A stretch of DNA of 64,000 bases from an uncultured bacterium (lineage in GTDB: Bacteria; Actinomycetota; Acidimicrobiia; Spongiisociales; UBA5794), in assembly GCA_963844835.1 (NCBI GenBank), contig CAWJPT010000001.1, positions 147,555 through 211,554 on the forward strand, in the 5' to 3' direction. The notes under the pieces were generated by a model. It was given only the letters and a program-made list of their open reading frames with translations, did not search any database and was not told where the DNA came from. The number at the start of each line of letters is the position of its first letter. Positions within the stretch are counted from its first letter, which is position 1. Below are positions 51,009-60,500 of the stretch, in pieces. A program made the position numbers and the translations under genes.

Positions 51009-51793
51009 GGTGTCTCCGTTTCGATGATGCCCGTCTGCGGGTACCAGCTCATCTGGATTCCTACCGTGCTGAGCCTCTCGTGCTCGTTGCTGCTCCGGAA
51101 CTCCGCCTGGTCGCCGGGGTGGGAGTGGTAGTTGCCGAGCACGATGGGAAGCCGGATCACGGGCACGCCGAGGTGCTTGCCGACGATGCTCCACCAGGCG
51201 GCGTCACCGGCAACCTCGATCGGGTTGTCGTCTGCAAACTGCCACGGATAGGGAGCCCGATCGTGGAGGCTCCGTCGCCACATCGTTGCCGGGCCGAGCG
51301 TTCCCCGCTCACCCGTGCCGCTTCCGAGCCGGCTCTCCACACCGGCTGGTGGAGGCCAACCGGGAGCAAACGGCAATGCGGATGCGCGGTAGGTCTCCTT
51401 CGTCTCGTCGGTTTCAGATTGCGAGAAGCGGATGTGCCATTCGCCACCGACCAGCCCGGCCTGATTCGCGTCCGCAAAGTCCTGCATCGTCTCGACGGCA
51501 TCAGGTGCGAGCCGGTCGTCGAGGTTCAGGTTCATCACGTACTTGGTAGTCGCATGCTGGACGGCGACGTTCCATGCCTGATAGATCTTCAGCGGTGCGC
51601 TGCTGACGACGTGCCGGCCGGGTGTCGCCGCTGGAGGAGTGTCTCCCCCGTCGAACACATACATAATCTCAATCGGGACGGTCTGTCGACGCAGGGTCTC
51701 TGCGTGGCCGCGCAGTAGCTCGTGACGGTTCTGATCACCATGCCACACCGCGCAGAAGACGGTTGTTCGCGTGTCCGATCTCAACGAAGCCAT
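51005..51793 (-). CDS. GT-A fold (family 2-like) glycosyltransferase
   Basis: 262 aa with the pattern FCAVWHGD ... LRRQTVPIEIMYVFDGGD ... NLNLDDRL (DxD-like). Weak family assignment. Confidence 0.5.
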   Translation of the reverse strand: MASLRSDTRTTVFCAVWHGDQNRHELLRGHAETLRRQTVPIEIMYVFDGGDTPPAATPGRHVVSSAPLKIYQAWNVAVQHATTKYVMNLNLDDRLAPDAVETMQDFADANQAGLVGGEWHIRFSQSETDETKETYRASALPFAPGWPPPAGVESRLGSGTGERGTLGPATMWRRSLHDRAPYPWQFADDNPIEVAGDAAWWSIVGKHLGVPVIRLPIVLGNYHSHPGDQAEFRSSNEHERLSTVGIQMSWYPQTGIIETETP

Positions 51794-51887
51794 GTTCTAC
51801 CCGTCGGCGGGGGCGTCGTTGACTTGAGGTGTCGCCCGGACGTCTCAAGTCAACGTCCGCAGCAACGGCCAACTAGAGAGGGTGCCG

Positions 51888-51915
51888 CCTCTTGGGGGCA
51901 CCCTCGTTGTCACGG
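51888..51915 (-). terminator. terminator-like hairpin after the membrane-protein gene
   Basis: GAGGGTGCC-N10-GGCACCCTC, 13 nt from the stop at 51928. A second 12-bp hairpin, CGTTGACTTGAG/CTCAAGTCAACG, lies at 51817-51855. Confidence 0.45.
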
Positions 51916-51927
51916 GAATGTCGCTAG

Positions 51928-52371
51928 CTAGCCGTCGTCTCCAGATTTGAAGTTGTCCGCTGTCGGTAGCTCGAGACCCGCATCCTTCATCGACCCGAAC
52001 GCTCCGTAGCTCACTGCCGCTGCTGCAATCAGTCCCAGGAAGAGACCGAACTTCGTGAAGCTACTGTCGGTGATCCAGCGGAGGACGATGAAGACGAGGC
52101 CGATACCGGCAAGGATCAGCGCTAGCTGCTCCGCCGCAAGCGTGCCTACCTTCGCGTCTGCAACTTCGAGTGTTTTCAACACCAGGATCGATGCCGCCGC
52201 AATCGCAAGTAGCAGTCCACCCCATGCCAGGATGCCGGCATCAAACGCTGAGGCGTTGATCGATCCGACGATTGTGTCAATGCCGTACCAGGGCATGAAC
52301 AGCGATAGGACGGCGATTACACCACCGCCCAGTGCGATTTGTTGATTTCGGGTTAGCTTGCTGAAGTCCAT
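51928..52371 (-). CDS. small polytopic membrane protein
   Basis: Start MDFSKLTRNQQIALGGGVIAVLSLF at 52371. Four hydrophobic segments. Confidence 0.5.
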   Translation of the reverse strand: MDFSKLTRNQQIALGGGVIAVLSLFMPWYGIDTIVGSINASAFDAGILAWGGLLLAIAAASILVLKTLEVADAKVGTLAAEQLALILAGIGLVFIVLRWITDSSFTKFGLFLGLIAAAAVSYGAFGSMKDAGLELPTADNFKSGDDG

Positions 52372-52479
52372 TTGGCTCCCCTCGAAGCTCGGCGGTCGTG
52401 CGGCAGCGTGGTTGTCTTGAGCGGAGATTAGTAGGTCGAGTCGACGGTTTGGCGGATCATGAGGTGGTATCTCAAACAC

Positions 52480-52862
52480 GGTTGAACTCCCTAGCGCCCG
52501 TTCAACCAAAGCGGCGTAGATCGGTGACCCGTGCCCGTGATGGGGCTCTTGGGAAGCCGACGAATCACGGCACACGGTGGCCACTGTCCGCCAAAGGTTT
52601 CTGCCAGCATTTCGATCGCCGATGATCCACCACAGCATGAGCATCACCAATCCAACTACTGCGAGAGCAAACGCAAACTGGTGAGCCTCCACCCTGGCGC
52701 CTCTGATCGAGGCAATGTCGAGCACCTCGAGCACCTCGAGCACCATCACGACGGCACGGTTTCGGTGCCTGCGGTTCGTCAGGGCAGGAAGAGCGCGATG
52801 ACTGCCAGCAACGTGCCACCTACCGCCACCCGTTGGTTCCGCGTCAGCTTGCTGAAATCCAC
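52480..52862 (-). pseudogene. degenerate tandem paralog of the 51928-52371 membrane protein
   Basis: GTG 52862 gives VDFSKLTRNQRVAVGGTLLAVIALFLP, then a stop. Homology (LEVLDIASIRGARVEAHQFAFALAVVGLVMLMLWWII) resumes in another frame. The 3' limit is approximate. Confidence 0.35.
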
Positions 52863-53052
52863 CGGAGCTCCATCTCTGGCCACCGCCTTCGACGAATGTG
52901 GTGCGTGCTGTCCCGAAAGTAGCCAGGATGCGAGCGGTGGTTGAGGCAGGGAATCGGACGCTGTCTGAGACCACGGACTAGCTACTGCGGATAGTGGTAG
53001 AACCACCACCTATAGTGGTCAATATTATCCAGCAGTTGCCGACAACAAATAC

Positions 53053-54521
53053 ATGGATGAAGGACGTCGATCTGCCCTCCGTCTAGTGCGTCGAAGCAAG
53101 GTCAAGGGCAACCGAGCCTGGATCGTCACGACCGCGGTGGGGGCAACCCTGCTGGTGGTCAGCGCGATCGTCTTCACGGTCTCAGCCGGGACGAGCGGAC
53201 TGACCACACACGCTCAAGCCGTGCACATCGCAGACGAGACATTGCGGGTAGCCACGGTGGCGCGCGCCCAGGTGGCCATGGCCAATCACTTTGCCTCGAT
53301 TCAACGCGAGCTAGCGGTCGATGTCGAGGAGCACCTAGCGACCTCGTCGGACCAGGCGACCGCAGCGCTCGACTTGATGGCGAGCGGGATCGAGAAGCTG
53401 AGGCAATCAGGTGGGGAGATCTCCCCCGAGCTCGCTAGCGCATTTGCGGATTTCGATCGTCTGAGCCGCGAGATTCTCGGCCTCATCGCGGCAGGCCGCT
53501 CCGAGGAGGCCAACCTCATTGTCGATGAGGAACTCGAGGCCCCATACGCAATGGCATTCACGCTGCTGCAGGCGGAGCGTGACCGTCAGTTGGAGGTGGT
53601 GGCACACTCCGACGCAGCGATGGCGCGGATGGGCGATGTCGCTCAGGTGCTACTCGCCCTACTGATCCCGGGGGGAATGATCATCATCTACCGCGAACTG
53701 ACCCTGCGGATGCATCGCCAGGCAGAGCTGCGACTGCGTCTCGACGCGGAGCGAGCAGTGAGCAAGGTTCGTGAAGATTTTGTCGCCAATGCCTCGCACG
53801 AGCTGCGGACTCCGCTCACGATTGTCTATGGGATGGCGCAGGTAATCGAATCGGATCCTGAGGCCAGCGAGACGATTCGTGAGCTGGCAACCACGATCAC
53901 CAACGAAGCAGAGGATCTCCATCGCATGGTTGAAGATCTGCTGACGACATCCCAACTCGACGCGGATGCCCTCAAGTATGTGATCGAGGACGTCTATACC
54001 ACTGATGAGATCGGTGAGGTGGTTGCTCCAATGGTGCAGAAACGGTGGCACGATCGAGACGTCTGCCGAGGAGGCGATCGTTGCGGTCGATCGAATGCGG
54101 CAGCGTCAGGTTCTACGAAATCTCATCTCCAACGCCCGAAAATATGGGGGAGCGGAGATGCGACTCAGCGGTCAGGGTCTTCGGCGGCAGGTACGAGTGG
54201 ACCGTCGCCGACAACGGCGATGGAGTCCCCCAGGAGATAGAGGAACGGCTCTTCCAACGCTTCGTCCATCGGGGCAGTCTGGTTACCGCACCGGGTGGGG
54301 TCGGGATCGGCTTGTCGATCGTGCGCGCTCTTGTAGAGGGAATGGGTGGGAACATCGACTACGCCCGGGTCAACGGGTGGACCGAATTCAGAGTCTCCGT
54401 GCCACTCTCGGCGTCGCACGAAGACTGGCGAGCCAATGGCGACAGGCCGGCAACCGTGGCGACCAAGCTTCCCGTTTCCCATGCGGCATCGATACTGGGT
54501 GAGGGCTCTCGTGTGCCATGA
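53053..54521 (+). CDS. orphan sensor histidine kinase (two frame discontinuities)
   Basis: TM segment, then a sensor region. HisKA FVANASHELRTPLT. HATPase VLRNLISNARKYGG and GGVGIGLSIVRALVEGMGG. Shifts at 54039-41 (AAA) and 54175-77 (GGG). Confidence 0.75.
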
Positions 54522-54593
54522 TCGGCTTTCACCCTCACGTCGTTGCAAAGCTCGGCTTGCGCCGGGTTTCAGTGCTATCTGGAGAGCCCTCTG

Positions 54594-57500
54594 ATGGCCG
54601 CCGGGCTGAGACCTCCCCACTTGCTGCCGGGGCAGAGTCCTGATTCTCCGAGCCATCTGCTTTTCGAATCCAGGCTCGAGTCATGGCACCAGGCCGTCGA
54701 GTCAGGGCGAGGGAGACTGCTTTCAGTCGACAAGCTGGCAGCGCTGACCCTCGCTCTTTCCATCGTCTTCGCCCAGGTGGGCTTTGGCGTAGGAACCGCG
54801 AGCGCGTCCGCGACCTTTGTTGTCAACTCGACGGCCGATGTCGTCGATCTCGTGCCGGGTGACGGGGCGTGCGACACCGGCAACACCATAGGATCTGACC
54901 CTGAGTGCACACTGCGCGCCGCTGTCCAAGAGGCAAACACTCTCGCGGGTACAGACACCATCACGGTGCCGGCCGGGACGTATACCCTCACCATCACCGG
55001 AAACGAAGACAGCGCCACAGCTGGCGATCTGGACGTCAGCGACTCCGTGATCGTCGTCGGCGCCGGTGCCGGCATCACCTTCATAGACGGCGCGGCCGCT
55101 GACGGGGCGTTCGAGATTCGCGGGAGCGCCACTGTGACCATCAGCCGGTTGACGATACAGAATTCGGGCGGTTCCAACTTCAGCTCGGGTGTGCACGTCA
55201 ACGCCGGTACTTCTGCCACTCTCGATTCGATCGTGATCTCGGGTGGCACGTACAGTCCCGCGATCTACAACTCCGGCACGCTCGACATTCTCGATTCACG
55301 TCTCACCGGCAATGTCTCGACATTCAACGGCGGTGGGATCTTCACCGCGGGGCCCACCACAATCTCCGACACGCTGATTGACAACAACTCGACAAATGCA
55401 AATGGCGGCGGGATCTACGTAGGTGGCGCGGGCGGTGTGAGCCTGACGAACGTCACCTTGTCCGGCAATTCCGCAAGTGTCGGCGGAGGTCTGTACAACG
55501 AGTACGACATCGATCTCGTGAATGCGACCGTTACGTTGAACAGTGCCATTCAGAGCGGTGGATTACACGACAACGGCGGTGCAACAACGACCCTGCTCAA
55601 TACGATCGTTGCCGGCAACACGGGGGGAAATCCCGATGGCAACGGTAGCTTCGACAGCCTCGGCTACAACATCATCGGTGTCGTCGGCGGGTCTACGGGT
55701 TGGGTGGGGACGGATCGTACTGGCGTCGATCCGCAGCTGCAGGCGCTGGCCGACAACGGCGGCCCAACGCCAACTCACGCGCTCACCGCAGGTAGCGAGG
55801 CGATCGACAACGGCACCGCATCGAGTGCCCCGGCCACCGACCAGCGCGGTGTCTCCCGAGACGGGTCACCCGACATCGGCGCGTACGAGTACGAGGCGGC
55901 CATCTCGAATATCGTGTTGGTGAACTCAACCGCCGATGCCCCCGACTCCTCAGCCGGCGACAATGTGTGTGCCACCGGCGGCACCAACATCGAGGGCGAT
56001 CCCGAGTGCACGCTTCGTGCTGCCATCCAGGAAGCAAACGCCTCTGCCGCCATCGACGCGATCAATTTCGCCATCCCGGTTGGCGACACGGGGTATGCGA
56101 GCGGTGTGTGGACCATCGCCCCGAGCGGTAGTGCCCTCGATTGGATCGTCGCCACCATCGACATCGACGGCTCCACTCAACCGGGCTACGCAGGCGCGCC
56201 GGTCGTGGTCATCGATGGGACCGCCTTATCGTCGAACGAGATCGGTCTCGGGTTCGCGGACACTGCTGCGGATTCGCGGGTTGCCGGTCTCTCCATCGTG
56301 TCCTTCCCAGACGACTCCATCAGCAGCGTCGCTGATCGGCTGATCGTTGAGGACAACTACCTCGGTGTGCTTCCCGACGGCATCACGGCTCCCGGTAGCG
56401 GCTCCGAGAACATCGCGCTTTGGGGCGCGGGCTCCGACTCTGTGATCCGGGATAACCTCATTGCCGGTGCCGCTGCAGCCAACATCGCTGTGACCGACAC
56501 TGTGACCGGGCTCGTCATCACCGGCAACAAAGTCGGCACCGATATCTCCGGTACCGTATCGCTCGGCGGTGGGCAGGCGTTCTGGACCGACACCGACGGC
56601 ACGGTCATAATCGGCGGCACCGGCGCCGGTGATGGCAACACGATGGCCGACTCGATGTGGGACAACATCCAGGTCGCTGGCAGTAACTCGACTGTGACGA
56701 TCCTCGGCAACTCGATCCACGGGGCCGGGTTGCTCGGTATCGACCTCGTCGCACCCGGAGACAGCGGCACGAATGTCACGGCAAACGACTCCGGTGACGG
56801 CGACTCCGGCCCCAACGATCTCCTGAACTTCCCGGTCATCACCTCTGCCACTGAGTCAGGTGGCACGGTGACCGTCACGTTCGACCTCGATGTTCCGGCC
56901 AACCCCGATCAGTATCGGGTGGAGTTCTTCACCAATCCGTCGGGTGCCGATGCATCCGGGTATGGAGAGGCCGAGACGTTCGTGTCGGCGGTCACCACTT
57001 CACCCGGAACGGGCCTGACCCACGCCTTCGCAGGAGCAGCGGGCGATGTCATCACGGCTACAGCGACCCGCGTCGATAGCGGTGCAGCCACGGGCTTCTC
57101 CTCGACGTCGGAGATATCGGCTGCCTACACAGTGACTGCCGCGCCGTCGCCGGCGAGTAACTGGAGCACATTCCTCGGCGGCGCCCTGGCCGATGCGGGA
57201 CAGACGGTCGCCGTGGACGCGGGGGGCAATGTGTATGTCGCCGGCTACAGCAGCGGGACCTGGGGCTCTCCCGTGCGGGCTTACGGCAGTGGTAATGACA
57301 TCTTTGTGGCAAAGCTGGATGCCAGTGGCACTCTGGTCTGGAACACGTTCCTGGGAGGACCGGGAGACGACCAGGGGTTTGGCATCACCGTCGATGCCAG
57401 CGGGAACGTGTACGTCGCCGGACAAAGCGGTGCCACCTGGGGTTCTCCCGTCCGAGCGTACGGCGGTGGTGTGGTCGATGCGTTCGTGGCCAAGCTGAAC

Positions 57501-60500
57501 AGCAGCGGCAATCTGGTCTGGAACACGTTCCTGGGAGGCTCCGGCTACGACTACGGCTATGGAATCGACTTCGACGCCGCGGGCAACGTATACGTATCCG
57601 GCAACAGCTCTGCAACGTGGGGCTCTCCGGTGCGCTCCTACACCGGTAGCGCTGATATTTTCGTGGTGAAGCTGAATAGCAGCGGTGCACTCGCATGGAG
57701 CACATTCCTGGGTGGAACTGGTTCTGACGGGTCCAGGGGTGTCGCGGTCGACGGTAGCGGCAACGTGTACGTGGGAGGCTTCAGCAGCGCCAACTGGGGC
57801 TCTCCGGTGCGGGCGTACAGCAGCGGATTCGACTTGGTTGCCGTCAAGCTCAACAGCAGCGGCGCCTTGACGTGGAACAGCTTCCTGGGAGGCAGCGGCT
57901 ACGAAGTCGGCGAGGGGCTGGCCCTCGACGGCAGCGGGAACCTCTACATGACCGGCTACGGCGATACCGACTTCGGTTCTCCAGTTCAGGGAAATGGCGG
58001 CGGCGTCTACGACGCTCTGGCCGTCAAGGTCAACAACAACGGCACGCTGGTGTGGAACACCTTTGCGGGCGGTACCGGGGGCGACTACGGACATGGGATC
58101 TCCGTGGCCGGCAGCAGCGTGTACATAGCAGGTTCAAGCGACGCGGCGTGGGGGGCACCGTCGCTGGCCTATGGCGGCGGCAGCGACGGTTTTGTGGCCG
58201 AGTTCAGCACCAGTGATGGCAGCCGTACGACCCTTGATTTCCTTGGTGGCGCCGGCACGGACTACGCATATGAGGTAGCGACCGACGGTTCCGATGGGGT
58301 ATACGTAGCCGGTTCCAGCAACACGACCTGGGGTACACCGATCCGCAGCTACACCGCGGGTACCGATGCGTTCGCAATGAGAATCGAAAGATCGCCGCTT
58401 GGACCATGTGCCGATTCCGATAGCGACGGTTTGTGTGACCTCGAGGAGGACGCCAACACCGACGCCGACAACAACCCAGCAACCAATCCCGGACCAGACA
58501 CTGACGGCGACACCACCCCCAACTACCTCGACGCCGACGACGATGGTGATGGAACTCCGACCGTGTCGGAAAATGCCGATCCCAATGCCGATGGTGACCC
58601 CCGCGACGCTCTGGATTCCGACCGGGACGGCCAACCCGACTGGCTCGATCTCCCGACGTCGGCCACCGGAGGGACGGTGGCAACTGAACGGAAGATCAGT
58701 GACACCGCCGGCGGACTGACCGCAACCCTCGACAACTACGACGAGTTCGGTCGGACGATCGAGCCGGTTGGTGACCTCGACGGTGACGGGATTACCGACT
58801 TGGTGGTTGGGGTGTGGGCAGACGACGACGGAGGGTACAGACTACGGCGCTGTCTATACGTGCTGTTCCTCAATGCTGATGGGGCGGTGAAGGCTGAGCA
58901 GAAGATCAGCGACACCGCCGGTGGTCTCGCCGCTCCGTTGGGTTACGACGACGACTTCGGTCACGGCGTGGCAGGTATCGGAGATCTGGACGGCGATGGA
59001 ATCAACGACATGGCGGTTGGCGCGTTCCTCGATGACGACGGGGGGATCGATCGGGGTGCGGTCTATGTGTTGTTCTTGAATGCAGATGGGACGGTGAAGG
59101 CCGAGCAGAAGATCAGCGACACCGTCGGTGGGCTGGCAGCAACCCTCGACAATGACGATCACTTCGGGATTCAATTGGCCGCTATCGGCGACTTGGACGG
59201 CGACGGGGTCAACGATCTGGCCGTCGCCGCGTCCAACGACGACGACGGGGGGATCGATCGGGGTGCGGTGTACGTGTTGTTCTTGAATGCAGATGGGACG
59301 GTTAAGGCCGAGCAGAAGATCAGCGACACCGCCGGAGGCCTGGCCACAGCCCTGGGCGACAGCGACGAGTTCGGCATTTCCGTCGGCGGCCCGGGCGACG
59401 TCGACGGGGACGGGGTTGCCGATCTTGCGGTGGGTGCCTACTACGACGACGACGGAGGGACCGATCGGGGTGCGGTCTATGTGTTGTTCTTGAATGCAGA
59501 TGGGACGGTGAAGGCCGAGCAGAAGATCAGCGACACTACCGGCGGCCTATCCGCCACCCTCGTCAACGGCGACTGGTTCGGCTACTGGGCAGCGGGGATC
59601 GGTGACCTCGACGGGGACGGGACACCCGACCTGGCAGTCGGTGCCCGCCACGACGACGACGGGGGAACCGATCGCGGTGCCGCCTACGTGCTCTTCCTCA
59701 ACGCAGACGGAACCGTGCGCGCGGAGCAGGCGATCAGTGACACTCAGGGTGGGTTCGTCACCGCGCTGGACAACTCTGATTGGTTCGGAGCCTCGGTGGC
59801 AGGCCTGGGCGACCTCGACGGCGACGGGACAATCAATCTCGCGGTTGGCGCGCCCGGTGATGACGATGGCGGCACCGATCATGGTGCGGTTTACATCCTG
59901 GATCTGGCTGGGTGGATTCCCCCAACGGGCCCTGGTGGTGTCGATGGCGACCTGGGGCTGTGGCTCCGTGCCGATGCTGGAGTGACGACTTCCGGCGTTG
60001 ACGTGACGACATGGCTCGACCAGTCCGGCAACGGCAACAACGCCGCCCAGGGGACGACCTCCCTCCAGCCCGACCTAGTGAGCGGGGTTCTCAACGGGAA
60101 CCCGGTAGTCGACTTCGATGGGGTGGACGATGGCATAAGCGGCACCGCCGGTGCTTCGTCCACGACCTACTTCATCGTATTCATCCCCGATGCCGCGGTG
60201 TCTTCGGCCTCGACCGGGCAGACTGTTTTCTCATGGGATTGTCCGACATGCACATCGAATACGAGCATTCTGGGCATCGGATCTCTCACTGGCGCCTTCC
60301 CCGATGAAGTCATCACGCACGGCCTCGGTGGTTCCACCGATTGGCGCTCGGCGCAGACCGGAACCGCCACCTATGCCGCCGGAGATCCAATCCTCGTGGC
60401 CGTCCGCACCAACGCCACCAACAATGGAATCGATATCTATTCGTCGGGTACTGAGGTCGACAGCGCCACGGCAGGCAGCTATCGCACTGTGACCGATCAG

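Noticed and set aside
51817-51855. TTGAC-containing 12-bp hairpin as another copy of the 5375-5452 operator motif.
   Set aside because: Only the TTGAC/GTCAA pentamer is shared, and the flanking bases differ (CGTTGACTTGAG versus TCTTGAC/CTGTCAA). With one site, the link is not supportable.
58683-59905. Regularly spaced repeats that could be taken for a CRISPR array.
   Set aside because: The period is 207 nt with no short repeat/unique spacer alternation. The units are in frame and encode FG-GAP-like blades, and no cas genes are nearby.
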